Part shown: positions 29,747 through 39,967 of the stretch, one piece after another
Position numbering within the stretch: position 1 is the stretch's first letter
Layout: every line of letters starts with the position of its first letter
Source: Planctomycetota bacterium
GTDB taxonomy: Bacteria; Planctomycetota; MHYJ01; JACQXL01; JACQZI01
Direction of reading: 5' to 3'
DNA length: 64,000 nt
Assembly: GCA_016207825.1 (NCBI GenBank)
Contig: JACQZI010000027.1
Coordinates: 66,929-130,928, forward strand
Position numbers and translations under genes: made by a program
Notes under the pieces: generated by a model
Told to the model about the DNA's origin: nothing
Database searches by the model: none
Seen by the model: the letters and a program-made list of their open reading frames with translations, nothing else

Positions 29747-30556
29747 ATGGCTAATATTCATTCTACCGCGGTTGTTTCTCCCAAGGCGCAACTGGATCCG
29801 GATGTGGAAATAGGCGCTTATGCCTTTATCGGGGACGATGTTATTATCGGAGCGGGTACGAAAATATGGAATCACGTAACCATTACCGGCCACACCACGA
29901 TAGGCAAAAATAACAAGATTCTTCCTTACGCGGCAATCGGGCTGGCGCCGCAGGATTTGACTTATAAAGACGAGCCGACTCAGGTTATTATCGGGGACAA
30001 CAATACCATCAGGGAATTCGTCACGGTTAATCTGGGGGCGGTAAAGGGGGAAAGCAAAACGGTTATCGGTAATAATAATCTTATCATGGCGTACAGTCAT
30101 ATCGCGCATGATTGCATTTTGGAAGACAATATCGTGATGGCCAATTCCGTCCAGCTGGCCGGGCATGTCAAGGTGGAGAAATGCGTTTCTTTCAGCGGGC
30201 TGGCCGGGGTGCATCATTTTACCACCATCGGGGAATATTCATTCGTCGGCGGGGTCAGCCGGATTGTGCAGGATGTCCCGCCTTTTATGATGGTGCACGG
30301 AAATCCGGCAAGGGTCCGGGCGGTGAATATTATCGGGCTGGAGCGGCGCGGCTTTTCCGCGGAAGCCGTTAAGGCAATCAAGAGTGCTTACAAGCTTATC
30401 TGGCATTCCAAAAATACGCCGATGCAGGCGATAAGAATGCTGGAAAAGCAGAAGGATAACCTGCCGGAAGTTAATACTTTGATTCAATTCGTGAAGAGCG
30501 CGCAAAAAGGGGTGGAAGGAAGAGCCAAGGAGCTGCTTCGTAAAAAAGGTTTTTAA
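29747..30556 (+). CDS. lpxA: UDP-N-acetylglucosamine acyltransferase
   Basis: PQDL, IREFVT, HIAHDC, LAGHV, QDVPPF. Confidence 0.96.
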   Translation: MANIHSTAVVSPKAQLDPDVEIGAYAFIGDDVIIGAGTKIWNHVTITGHTTIGKNNKILPYAAIGLAPQDLTYKDEPTQVIIGDNNTIREFVTVNLGAVKGESKTVIGNNNLIMAYSHIAHDCILEDNIVMANSVQLAGHVKVEKCVSFSGLAGVHHFTTIGEYSFVGGVSRIVQDVPPFMMVHGNPARVRAVNIIGLERRGFSAEAVKAIKSAYKLIWHSKNTPMQAIRMLEKQKDNLPEVNTLIQFVKSAQKGVEGRAKELLRKKGF

Positions 30557-30605
30557 ACACAGATATTTGTTTTCCGTATTTTGATTTAGCGCGATAAGGA
30601 GTTTT

Positions 30606-31595
30606 ATGAATTGGAAAAACAAGAAAGTCTTGGTCACGGGCGCCGGAGGGTTTATCGGCAGCCACCTGGTTGAAGAGCTGGTTAAAATGGGTGCCGATGT
30701 CAGGTGCTTTATCCGTTATAATTCGCGCGGCGATTGGGGCCAGATAGAGTTTTTACCGGAAAGAATAAAAGACCACCTGGAAATTATCATGGGGGATTTG
30801 AAGGACAGCGATGCGGTCAGGAAAACCGCCAAGAAGTGTGATACGATTTTTCACCTGGGCGCGTTGATTGCCATTCCTTATTCATACATACATCCGCTGG
30901 ATTTTGTACAGACCAATATAACAGGGACGGTAAATCTTTTGAACGCCGCGTTGGAAAATAAAGTGGAAAAGTTTATCCACACTTCAACCAGCGAAGTTTA
31001 CGGGACGGCGCAATACGTGCCGATTGATGAAGCGCATCCTTTGCGGGGGCAATCCCCTTATTCGGCGAGCAAAATCGGCGCGGACAAGATGGCGGAAAGT
31101 TATTACCGGGCGTTTGGCTTAAAGGTGGCGGTTATCAGGCCGTTTAACGCCTACGGACCGAGACAGTCTGCCCGGGCGATTATCCCGACGATTATCACGC
31201 AAGCTTTGACAAAAGGTATGATTCACCTTGGTTCTTTATCCCCGAAAAGGGATTTTACTTATGTGGGCGATACGGTAAATGGTTTTATCAAGATTGCCGA
31301 ATCGGAAAAATCCGTGGGTGAGGTGATTAATATCGGTTCAGGGAAGGAAATAAGCATCGGCGAACTGGCTGATTTGATAGCTAAATTAAGTGTCCGGAAG
31401 ATAAAAGTGGTTTTCGATGATAAACGGATAAGACCGCCTAAAAGCGAGGTCGAAAGGCTTTTAGCGGATAATAATAAAGCGCATGATTTGATTAACTGGG
31501 AACCGACCGTTTCTTTGGAAGAGGGGTTAAAGAAAACAATAAGCTGGGTCAGGCAAAATATTAAGCGTTATAAATGTGATCTTTATAACGTGTAA
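30606..31595 (+). CDS. NAD-dependent sugar 4,6-dehydratase (LegB-like SDR)
   Basis: TGAGGFIGSHL, RYNSR, LIAIPYSY, TSTSEVYG, QSPYSASK. Confidence 0.88.
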   Translation: MNWKNKKVLVTGAGGFIGSHLVEELVKMGADVRCFIRYNSRGDWGQIEFLPERIKDHLEIIMGDLKDSDAVRKTAKKCDTIFHLGALIAIPYSYIHPLDFVQTNITGTVNLLNAALENKVEKFIHTSTSEVYGTAQYVPIDEAHPLRGQSPYSASKIGADKMAESYYRAFGLKVAVIRPFNAYGPRQSARAIIPTIITQALTKGMIHLGSLSPKRDFTYVGDTVNGFIKIAESEKSVGEVINIGSGKEISIGELADLIAKLSVRKIKVVFDDKRIRPPKSEVERLLADNNKAHDLINWEPTVSLEEGLKKTISWVRQNIKRYKCDLYNV

Positions 31596-31610
31596 GTAGG
31601 GACGTTTGAT

Positions 31611-32321
31611 ATGAAAAGAGCCGTAATTTTAGCCGGAGGAAAAGGCGCCAGGCTTGCGCCGTATTCCACCGTCCTTCCCAAGCCTTTGATGCCGATAGAC
31701 AGCATGCCTATATTGGAAGTGGTTATCAGGCAACTTAAGTTTTACGGGTTTACCCAATTGACGATTGCCGTCGGGCATCTGGCCGAATTGATAGAATCAT
31801 TTTTCGGAGACGGAAGAAAATGGGGTGTGAAGATCGATTATTCCAGGGAAGATAAGCCCCTGGGAACAGCCGGGCCTTTATCCTTGGTTAAGAATTTAAA
31901 GACGCCGTTTCTGGTGATGAACGGTGATTTGCTTACCACGCTAAGTTACAGGGATTTTATGAATTGCCATACCAAATCCAAGGCGATTGCCACACTAGGG
32001 GTTTTTCAGAGAGCGGTTAAGATAGATTTGGGGGTAATAAAAAGCGACAGCAAAAATATTATCAGGGAATATATAGAAAAGCCGTCCTTGGAATATGATG
32101 TCAGTTCTGGAATTTATGCCTTCAATCCGTCCGTCCTGAAGCACATCCCAAAAAACAGGCGATTGGATTTGCCGGATTTGGTTCGTAATCTGATCGCAAA
32201 TAAAGAAACTGTGATGGCGTATAAATTCAAGGGGTATTGGCTGGATATCGGGCGCCATGATGATTACGCGCAGGCCGCGGAAGAATTCAGCAGGAACCGG
32301 CGCAAGTTTTTAAGACAATGA
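31611..32321 (+). CDS. Sugar-phosphate nucleotidyltransferase
   Basis: ILAGGKGARL, PKPL, EDKPLGTAG, NGDLL, WLDIG. Confidence 0.9.
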   Translation: MKRAVILAGGKGARLAPYSTVLPKPLMPIDSMPILEVVIRQLKFYGFTQLTIAVGHLAELIESFFGDGRKWGVKIDYSREDKPLGTAGPLSLVKNLKTPFLVMNGDLLTTLSYRDFMNCHTKSKAIATLGVFQRAVKIDLGVIKSDSKNIIREYIEKPSLEYDVSSGIYAFNPSVLKHIPKNRRLDLPDLVRNLIANKETVMAYKFKGYWLDIGRHDDYAQAAEEFSRNRRKFLRQ

Positions 32322-33241
32322 AAAAAGCTTTAATCACAGGGGTAAACGGATTCAGCGGCATTCATCTGGCGGAGTTTCTTCTGGGTCAAAAGGTAAGTGT
32401 TTGCGGGATAGATATCTCTCCGAAGATTTCCCATCACTATAAAATCAGGACGGATATTAAATACATAAAGCTTGATATCCTTGATGCGAAGGCGGTATCA
32501 AAGGTAATCCGGGATATAAAACCGGATTATATTTTTCACTTGGCTGGTTTATTAAAGGGTGATAACCTTGCCGAGTTTTTAAAGGTGAACGTCCAAGGCA
32601 CGCAAAATATCCTTGAAGCGGCATATGTCGTAAAATCAAAAGTCCTTATCAGCGGCTCGGCCGCTGAATACGGAATAGTTTCAAGCAAAGAGCTGCCTAT
32701 TAATGAAGAAACGCCGCCGCGGCCCATCGGTTTTTACGGCATCAGCAAGCTGGCGCAGACGATGCTGGGATACCAGTATTTTATAACCAGAGGAATGCCG
32801 GTTTGTTTAACCAGGGTGTTTAATATGACCGGGCCTGGGGAAAAGCAATCGATGTTTTGCTCTTCCGTCGCACAACAGATTAAGCGCATTGCGGAGCGCA
32901 CAGCAAAGCCGGTTATTTATGTCGGCAATATTACCCCGAAACGAGATTTTATTGATGTTCGTGATGTGGTTCGCGCGTATTGGGCGATTATTAACAAGGG
33001 AAAAATAGGCAGGATATATAATATTTGTTCAGGGAAAGCATACGCGATGAAAGATATTATAAAAATGATGGGGAAAATCGCCCGCGTGAAAAAGCTGGTT
33101 ATAAAACCTGATCCGCGAAAGGTTCGCGCGATAGATATCCCGGTCCACAAGGGCGATTATTCGGCGCTCCGTAAAGATACCGGATGGAAGCCGGCAATCA
33201 AGCTTGAACAGACATTAAAAGATATTTTACAATTCGTATAA
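32318..33241 (+). CDS. GDP-4-keto-6-deoxymannose reductase-like SDR (Rmd-like)
   Basis: LITGVNGFSG, GSAAEYG, YGISK, RDFIDVRDVVRAY. Confidence 0.82.
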   Translation: MKKALITGVNGFSGIHLAEFLLGQKVSVCGIDISPKISHHYKIRTDIKYIKLDILDAKAVSKVIRDIKPDYIFHLAGLLKGDNLAEFLKVNVQGTQNILEAAYVVKSKVLISGSAAEYGIVSSKELPINEETPPRPIGFYGISKLAQTMLGYQYFITRGMPVCLTRVFNMTGPGEKQSMFCSSVAQQIKRIAERTAKPVIYVGNITPKRDFIDVRDVVRAYWAIINKGKIGRIYNICSGKAYAMKDIIKMMGKIARVKKLVIKPDPRKVRAIDIPVHKGDYSALRKDTGWKPAIKLEQTLKDILQFV

Positions 33242-33254
33242 GGAGTTGCTCTCC

Positions 33255-34235
33255 ATGAAAGCGCTTTATCTGGTAGCGGCTCTCCCCACCGCAAATAACC
33301 CCCGCACCGGCGTTTTTGTCAGAGAGCAGATTGATTCGCTTAGGGTTAAAGGCGTTGAGATAGATACGCTGGTCGTTAACGACAGAAAAGAGGATAAATA
33401 CGGCGCTTATTTGAAGGCAATTGTCAAACTAAACAAAAAGATAAGGCAAAACAGATACGACTTTATACATGCGCATTATGGCTCTCTTGGTTTGATTGCC
33501 TGTTGCCAAGCCAAGTTGCCCTTCGCGATAACTTTCTGGGGGGATGATGTTTTAGGTACCCCGGATAAAACAGGACGTTATAAAACAAGAACGAGTTTGC
33601 TGGTTGCCTTAAACAAGATTAATGCCAATAAAGCATTCATGGTTATTGTCCAGTCTGAAGAGATGAAAAAACGCCTGGGGAAACCTGACGCGTTTATCAT
33701 TCCGTTCGGGGTTGATTTAAACCTGTTCAATCTTACTAATAAAGACGATGTTTGCGCAGCCTTAAAGATAAATTCCGGTAAGAAACGGATTTTGTTTGCC
33801 AACGATTCCTCTATTCCGGTAAAACAATTTAACTTGGCCAGGAAAGTATTTGATGTGGTAAAAGAAAAACGTCCCAATACAGATTTGGTTGTTACAAATA
33901 AATATCCGCGCGAGGCGATGCCTTTATACATGAACGCCTGCGACGCGCTGATTCTTACGTCTTTACACGAAGGCTCCCCGAATGTAATTAAGGAGGCGAT
34001 GGCCTGTAACCTTCCGATAGTTTCGGTTGATGTAGGTGATGTCCGCGAGGTAATCAAGGATACGAAAAACTGTTTCATCACTTCACGAGATCCGAAAGAA
34101 ATGGCGGAGCGAATTATACAGATTTTTGATTCGGGCGAACGCAGCGACGGTCGAGAACATATCGGTCATTTAGATATAAATAATATCGCCCAGCAAATTA
34201 TAGAAGCATATAAAAAAGCATGCAAAAAGTCTTAA
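33255..34235 (+). CDS. GT4 glycosyltransferase
   Basis: IHAHYG, EGSPNVIKEAMACNLPIVSVDVG. Confidence 0.88.
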   Translation: MKALYLVAALPTANNPRTGVFVREQIDSLRVKGVEIDTLVVNDRKEDKYGAYLKAIVKLNKKIRQNRYDFIHAHYGSLGLIACCQAKLPFAITFWGDDVLGTPDKTGRYKTRTSLLVALNKINANKAFMVIVQSEEMKKRLGKPDAFIIPFGVDLNLFNLTNKDDVCAALKINSGKKRILFANDSSIPVKQFNLARKVFDVVKEKRPNTDLVVTNKYPREAMPLYMNACDALILTSLHEGSPNVIKEAMACNLPIVSVDVGDVREVIKDTKNCFITSRDPKEMAERIIQIFDSGERSDGREHIGHLDINNIAQQIIEAYKKACKKS

Positions 34236-35395
34236 TGGTTGTTCACTCGTATTACCCTTCGGACCCGCGCGTAAAACGCGAAGCGGTTGCGCTGCATGAT
34301 AAAGGGTTTGAGGTTGATGTCGTTTGTTTGCGGGAGAATAACGAGCGGCGGTATGAAACCGTAAACGGAATAGGCGTTCACCGCCTGCCTGTTAAAAGGC
34401 ATAGGGGAAGCGGTTTTTTTATCTATTTGACCGAGTATTTGACTTTTTTCTTCTTAGCCTTATTAAAAACCTCTTCACTATTTATCGAAAAGCGCTACAA
34501 AATAATCCAAATACATACCTTGCCGGATTTTCTGGTATTTTGTTCTTTGGTTCCAAAATTATTCGGAGCCAGAGTTATACTGGATATGCATGAGGTCATG
34601 CCGGAATTCTTTTCCTACCGTTATGGCATTCCGAAAGAACACCCGGCAAATCGTATTATTCAGCTATCCGAGAAGTTGTCAATCATGTTTGCCGACCATG
34701 TGATTACGGTAAGCGATACGCTCAAAGAAATACTGGTTTTGCGCGGCGTCCCCGCTCATAAAATAACGATAATAATGAATGTCGCGGATGAAAAACTATT
34801 TAAGCCGCGTGTAACGACACAGGTTAAGCAAAAAGTTTTTACATTGGCTTATCACGGATTGTTATCGGGTATATATGACCTTAACGTTGTTTTTACCGCT
34901 TTAAAAATACTTAGGGGGAAGATTCCAAATCTAAGGTTTATAGTTATCGGTAAAGGCCCGCAAGGCCCGGAATATAAAAATGCCGTTTGTAAGTTAGGTC
35001 TGGAATCTGTCGTATCTTTTGAAGGGCATATGCCTCAGGAGAAAGTTATTCCATTGCTTAATAATGTTGATATCGGAATTGTCCCGTTGGATAAAAGCGA
35101 GTTTACTCAGATTGCTTTTCCGACAAAAGTGGTTGAATACATTGCCATGGGAATACCGGTGATAACCGCTAACCGAAAAACCGTTAAACAATATTTTAAT
35201 GATAATACAATTGCCTTTTATGAGGCGGGCGACCCGCAATCTCTGGCGGATAGAATTATTGAATTATACCGGCATCCGGAAAGATTGAATAATCTGGTAA
35301 AAACCGCTTCGGATTGTTATAAAGAAATAAGCTGGGATAAAATGAAGAATCGGTATTATCAACTGATGGATAATATTGTGGGAGGAACGAGATAA
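34220..35395 (+). CDS. GT4 glycosyltransferase
   Basis: DPRVKREA, LDMHE, PTKVVEYIAMGIPVI. Confidence 0.88.
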   Translation: MQKVLMVVHSYYPSDPRVKREAVALHDKGFEVDVVCLRENNERRYETVNGIGVHRLPVKRHRGSGFFIYLTEYLTFFFLALLKTSSLFIEKRYKIIQIHTLPDFLVFCSLVPKLFGARVILDMHEVMPEFFSYRYGIPKEHPANRIIQLSEKLSIMFADHVITVSDTLKEILVLRGVPAHKITIIMNVADEKLFKPRVTTQVKQKVFTLAYHGLLSGIYDLNVVFTALKILRGKIPNLRFIVIGKGPQGPEYKNAVCKLGLESVVSFEGHMPQEKVIPLLNNVDIGIVPLDKSEFTQIAFPTKVVEYIAMGIPVITANRKTVKQYFNDNTIAFYEAGDPQSLADRIIELYRHPERLNNLVKTASDCYKEISWDKMKNRYYQLMDNIVGGTR

Positions 35396-36318
35396 TGTAT
35401 TTGGTTACGGGCGGCGCCGGTTTTATCGGTTCGCATATTGCGGAAGCTCTTGTTAAGCAGGGCAAGAAGGTGCGGATTCTGGATAATTTCTCTAAAGGCC
35501 GCATGGAAAACCTCAAAGGAATTCTCGATAAAATACAGTTGATAAAGGGTGATATCCGCAGTAAACCCGATGTAAGGCATGCGGTTAAGGGCGTTAAATA
35601 TATCTTCCATGAAGCCGCATTATGCTCTGTTCCTAAATCACTGGATAATCCTGGAGAGTTTAATGAAGTAAATGTTACCGGCACTTTAAATCTTCTTATG
35701 GCGGCACGTGAATACGATATTAAGCGGTTTGTCTTTGCTTCTTCAAGCTCAGTCTACGGCAATGATAAAACCTTTCCGAAAAAAGAATTCTTTTTCCCTC
35801 AGCCCATTTCCCCATATGCTGCCAATAAACTGACCGGAGAATATTATTGCCGTGTTTTCTGGGAATCTTACAGGTTGCCTACGGTTGTATTGCGTTATTT
35901 CAACGTTTTCGGCCCCAGGCAGAGGTTGGATGACCAGTATGCTGTGGTTATCCCAAAGTTCATTTCGTCATTGTTAAATAATCAAAAGCCTCCTGTTCAT
36001 GGTGATGGCAGGCAATCCCGTGATTTTACTTATGTTGTTAATGTGGTTCGAGCCAATCTTATTGCTATAAAAGCCAGGCCGCATTCCTTTGGTAAGGTTT
36101 TTAATGTCGCTTGTAATAATGCGTACACCATATTAGATTTAATAAAGATTCTTAATAAGCTTATGGGAAAAAATATAAAACCGGCTTTTTTGCCTTCCCG
36201 TAAAGGGGATATTAAACACAGCTGGGCTGATATTTCGCTTGCCAATAAACATTTGGGTTATAAACCGCTGGTCGGATTTGAAGAAGGGTTAAAACAAACC
36301 ATAGAATATTTCAAGTAA
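35395..36318 (+). CDS. NAD-dependent epimerase (UDP-Glc/GlcNAc 4-epimerase-like)
   Basis: TGGAGFIGSHI, ASSSSVYG, SPYAANK, RYFNVFGPRQ. Confidence 0.9.
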   Translation: MYLVTGGAGFIGSHIAEALVKQGKKVRILDNFSKGRMENLKGILDKIQLIKGDIRSKPDVRHAVKGVKYIFHEAALCSVPKSLDNPGEFNEVNVTGTLNLLMAAREYDIKRFVFASSSSVYGNDKTFPKKEFFFPQPISPYAANKLTGEYYCRVFWESYRLPTVVLRYFNVFGPRQRLDDQYAVVIPKFISSLLNNQKPPVHGDGRQSRDFTYVVNVVRANLIAIKARPHSFGKVFNVACNNAYTILDLIKILNKLMGKNIKPAFLPSRKGDIKHSWADISLANKHLGYKPLVGFEEGLKQTIEYFK

Positions 36319-36337
36319 CTACAACAGGAGATATATA

Positions 36338-36658
36338 ATGATAACCATTGATGACTTCAGGAAAATAGAATTGAAAACCGGTAAAATAATATCCGTGGAA
36401 AACCACTCCAACGCCGATAAATTATATGTGCTGAAGGTTGATATCGGCGGGGAAATCAGGCAGATTGTCGCTGGATTAAAACCGTATTTAAAACCCGAGG
36501 AATTGCTTAATAAGAATGTCGCGGTTGTAGTGAACCTTCAGCCGGCAATACTGCGCGGAGTAGAAAGCCAGGGGATGGTGCTGGCGGCTTCGGCAGAAGG
36601 ATTGGTTACAATTTTAACCCCTGATAAAGAAGTGCCTCCCGGCTCCCGGGTATCTTAA
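36338..36658 (+). CDS. tRNA-binding OB-fold protein (MetG C-terminal / Trbp-like)
   Basis: ITIDDF, NADKLY, RQIVAG, VNLQP..LRGVESQGMVLAA. Confidence 0.9.
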   Translation: MITIDDFRKIELKTGKIISVENHSNADKLYVLKVDIGGEIRQIVAGLKPYLKPEELLNKNVAVVVNLQPAILRGVESQGMVLAASAEGLVTILTPDKEVPPGSRVS

Positions 36659-37269
36659 TAAGGTTTCTTGGTTAAGCCGGTAACGCATCTCAGGTCTTTT
36701 ATATTCCGCCGTGCTTTTGCCGGATTACCGTAAGCAACCGCCCGCGCCGGAATATCCTTTGTCACGACCGAGCCCGCCCCGATTAAAGCGTATTCGCCTA
36801 TTTTCACGAATGGCAGTATGGTCGAACCCGCCCCGATTTGCGCGCCTTTTCCGATGGTCGGCCCTTTCATGCATTCCCTGGAAAACTTGCATCCCGGATG
36901 CATATCATTGGCGATGGTCACTCCGGGCGCCATAAACGCGCCGTCCCCGATACTGGTAAACTGCGCCACGTAACAATTGGAATGGATTTTGACGTCATTC
37001 CCGATTTTGCAACCGTAATCAATCACCGAATTATTCCATATCTTAAAATCGTTCCCGATAGAGTTTTCTTCCCTGATGATGACGTTATGTCCGGTCTCCA
37101 GGTTATCGCCTATTTTCGAGCCCAGATATACGATGCTCCCGCGCCTGACCTTGGCGTTTTTCCCGATAACCAGCGAACTATCCGCAATCTTCCTTTGCGG
37201 TTGGTAGCCGACTTCGGTATTCTTTTCGAATTTATATCCTCTACCTAACAAAATCTTTTTTCTTATCAT
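36655..37269 (-). CDS. Hexapeptide-repeat N-acetyltransferase
   Basis: Left-handed beta-helix repeats, IGAGSVVTKD, GNPA. Confidence 0.85.
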   Translation of the reverse strand: MIRKKILLGRGYKFEKNTEVGYQPQRKIADSSLVIGKNAKVRRGSIVYLGSKIGDNLETGHNVIIREENSIGNDFKIWNNSVIDYGCKIGNDVKIHSNCYVAQFTSIGDGAFMAPGVTIANDMHPGCKFSRECMKGPTIGKGAQIGAGSTILPFVKIGEYALIGAGSVVTKDIPARAVAYGNPAKARRNIKDLRCVTGLTKKPY

Positions 37270-38269
37270 TTGAGAATCCAATCAAAAGATTGTCCCCTTC
37301 TTTTTTATAATCCAAATCCGAATAAATATAAGTCCCGTTTTCCGGTTTAACCAGAGCTCTTTTAAGGTTGTCGGCAGAGGTTATGATGACCTTTCCGTCC
37401 ACCTGTTCGAGGTACATTATCGCTGCTTTCACTTTCGGTCCCATGCTTCCGCTCCCGAAATGCCCTTCCTTTAAATATGCCTTTGCTTCGGTTAAAGACA
37501 TCTTGTCAATCGCTTTCTGGTTTGGTTTTCCGTAATTTAGATATACTTTCGGAATCGTGGTTAATATTAAAAGCGTTTGCGCCTTCATCTCGCTTGCCAG
37601 TATTGCCGAGGCAACATCTTTGTCAATTACCGCTTCGATGCCTTCATAATCATTATCCGCTTTTTTCCAGATGGGGATTCCGCCGCCGCCTAAGGCAATG
37701 ACCACGTGCCCGTCCACGGCGAGGTCGTGTATCATCGGGCGCTGGATTATCTTTACCGGCATCGGGGATGCCACCACACGGCGGTATCCGCGGCCGCTGT
37801 CTTCTTTCATCTGCCACTTGCGCTCTTTTTCCAGGATGCCCGCTTTTTCCTTGTCAAAGAAGGGGCCGATTGGCTTGGTTGGATTCTTAAATGCCGGGTC
37901 GTCTTTATTGACCACCACCTGCGTAATCATCGTGACGACATAGCGTTTTATTTTATGCCGCCTCAGTTCATTAAGTATTGCCTGCTGCAAAATATAGCCG
38001 ATGCTCCCTTCGGACTTGGCGACGCAGACATCTATGGGCATTGACGGAACCTGCTCACTGGCGGATTCATTTTGTATTAGGATATTGCCAACCTGCGGGC
38101 CGTTGCCGTGCGTGATAACCAGGTCGTAATCTGCCTTAAGTAAAGGAAATAGCTCCTTGGCAGTGCGCGCGGCGTTGGCTTCCTGCTCGCTGATAGTCCC
38201 TTTTTCCTTCTCGGTCAGGAGCGCATTCCCGCCCAATGCTAATACCAATAGCGGTCTTGTTTTGTTCAT
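37241..38269 (-). CDS. arcC: Carbamate kinase
   Basis: ALGGNAL, THGNGPQVG, PTKPIG, RRVVASP, EAVIDKD, GSMGPK. Confidence 0.95.
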   Translation of the reverse strand: MNKTRPLLVLALGGNALLTEKEKGTISEQEANAARTAKELFPLLKADYDLVITHGNGPQVGNILIQNESASEQVPSMPIDVCVAKSEGSIGYILQQAILNELRRHKIKRYVVTMITQVVVNKDDPAFKNPTKPIGPFFDKEKAGILEKERKWQMKEDSGRGYRRVVASPMPVKIIQRPMIHDLAVDGHVVIALGGGGIPIWKKADNDYEGIEAVIDKDVASAILASEMKAQTLLILTTIPKVYLNYGKPNQKAIDKMSLTEAKAYLKEGHFGSGSMGPKVKAAIMYLEQVDGKVIITSADNLKRALVKPENGTYIYSDLDYKKEGDNLLIGFSNDKKKDFVR

Positions 38270-38359
38270 AGTTTTTATTAAGGATACCGGGTAAATGTTA
38301 AAACTGAATTATAGTAACTTTTGCCTTTGGGTCAATCAAAATAAGATTTAATCAATTCT

Positions 38360-38431
38360 GCCACTAAGACACAAAGGCACAAATAGGAAAAACTAATAAT
38401 TTAATTCTTAGTGTCTTGGTGCCTTCGTGGC
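38360..38431. mobile_element. Empty element with the same 8-nt-repeat inverted arms as the GxxExxY element
   Basis: gccactaagacacaaaggcacaaa - 23 nt - cttagtgtcttggtgccttcgtggc. Confidence 0.65.
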
Positions 38432-39781
38432 TAATTTTTGGAATAATGCGAATTGAAGACCTGCTTGGTTAATAAACATCTCCAGCCCGCTTATGATGCG
38501 GCATACTTTTGCCCGCGCCTGGCGCAGCAATTTAGTTTCAGGCGGACGGTATATTGTATCCATAACCGCTAATCCTTTATGCAGGAGCTTTGCCGGGATT
38601 GGAGCGGCGTTTGGTTTCGGCATCATCCCGACAGGCGTGGCATTGATTAAAATATCAGTTTGCTTCATTGTTTCTTTTATCTTATGCCATTGAATAGCCT
38701 TGCATCCCAAGTCACGGGCCGCTTTTACGGCTTTGTCATAATGGCGATTGGCAATGGTAACCCTTGCTCCGTTATTTATAAGTTCATGGGCGATTGCCCG
38801 CCCCGCCCCGCCCGCTCCGAGGATTAAAATCTGCTTATCTTGCACTGAGCCTGTCGAAGCGCCTAAAGCCAGAATTGCGCCCCTGCCGTCCGTATTCGTA
38901 CAGATAAAACCGCCTTTCTTGTCGCGGTAAATAGTGTTAACTACGGAATTCCTTATCACTTTCTCTTTGAATGGCATCGTCACGCTAAGCGCGCGGATAT
39001 CCAGCGCACGCATCAGTTCAGGCAGAACCTTTATATTATGTATAAGGAACGGCAGATAAACCGCATTCATTTTGTATCTCTTGAATAATCCGTTGAATAA
39101 TACCGGGCTTAGGGAATACTTTACGGGATTACCGATTAGGCCGAAAACACGTGTTTTATTGTTTATCTTATCTGCCTGGTAATTATATTTCATCTCGTGG
39201 TAATCCAGTTGCCCCTCTGCGGTCCCTTCGGCGTTGTTAAGCGAGGCGTAAGACATCCATCCCCCGAACCGGCGGTAGAGCACACGGCTTGATAATCCTG
39301 CCTCTCCCATACAAAAGGCTGTGGTTGGTATAGTATCTTTGGTGTGTTTCAGTAAATTGAATATTTTAAGGTTATCCAATATATCATTAGCATAAGTGAC
39401 TATCTTAATAACATCCGACCTGGTTTCAGCCATTTGCTTATGGAGCCGTTTAAGGAAAGCCAACGAGGGCGTTTCCTTGAAATCATGGTAAGAAGCGATT
39501 ATCTTAGGCAGTCCTCGCTTGATATGGGGCATGTCTTCAAACGCTACATCCACATAGTCAAAGCGTCCGGAATCAATGGCGGATTGGAGGAGGCGGATAT
39601 TGTTCTTGGAGCGGCAAGTGAATATTAACCTGGTCCGGCCGGTTTTGGGAATGCGCTTTATATCGAAATCAGGAATCCCATCCGCGCGGAGCTCGATAAA
39701 ATCCGGCTTTTCCTTGAGAGCCAGTTGGAGTTTCTCCATCAGGCCACTGAACGATGTCGCTTTAATCGATATACACAACAT
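38408..39781 (-). CDS. aroD/aroE: Type I 3-dehydroquinate dehydratase / shikimate dehydrogenase fusion
   Basis: IELRAD, ASYHDF, FCMG, GQL (AroD); SLSP, SVTMPFK, NTDG, GAGGAG, NATPVG (AroE). Confidence 0.92.
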   Translation of the reverse strand: MLCISIKATSFSGLMEKLQLALKEKPDFIELRADGIPDFDIKRIPKTGRTRLIFTCRSKNNIRLLQSAIDSGRFDYVDVAFEDMPHIKRGLPKIIASYHDFKETPSLAFLKRLHKQMAETRSDVIKIVTYANDILDNLKIFNLLKHTKDTIPTTAFCMGEAGLSSRVLYRRFGGWMSYASLNNAEGTAEGQLDYHEMKYNYQADKINNKTRVFGLIGNPVKYSLSPVLFNGLFKRYKMNAVYLPFLIHNIKVLPELMRALDIRALSVTMPFKEKVIRNSVVNTIYRDKKGGFICTNTDGRGAILALGASTGSVQDKQILILGAGGAGRAIAHELINNGARVTIANRHYDKAVKAARDLGCKAIQWHKIKETMKQTDILINATPVGMMPKPNAAPIPAKLLHKGLAVMDTIYRPPETKLLRQARAKVCRIISGLEMFINQAGLQFALFQKLATKAPRH

Positions 39782-39799
39782 AATAAATCTTTTAAATCA

Positions 39800-39875
39800 G
39801 CCACAGAGGCTCAGAGAACACGGAGACCAAACATTTTATTTACAATTTCCTCTGTGCCCTCTGTGCCTCCGTGGC
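39800..39875. mobile_element. Empty element, 8/9-nt variant of the GCCAC...GTGGC arms
   Basis: gccacagaggctcagagaacacggaga - 23 nt - ctctgtgccctctgtgcctccgtggc. Confidence 0.65.
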
Positions 39876-39967
39876 TAATTTGCCACCATAATTACCTTGC
39901 TAAAACCGAAATTTATGTTATAATAATACTCTTATAAGTTAAAGTAAATATAAAAGAAAGGATAGTT

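Noticed and set aside
28445-39781. LpxC-FabZ and AroD-AroE fusions as novelties
   Set aside because: Both fusions are already well known in several bacterial phyla.
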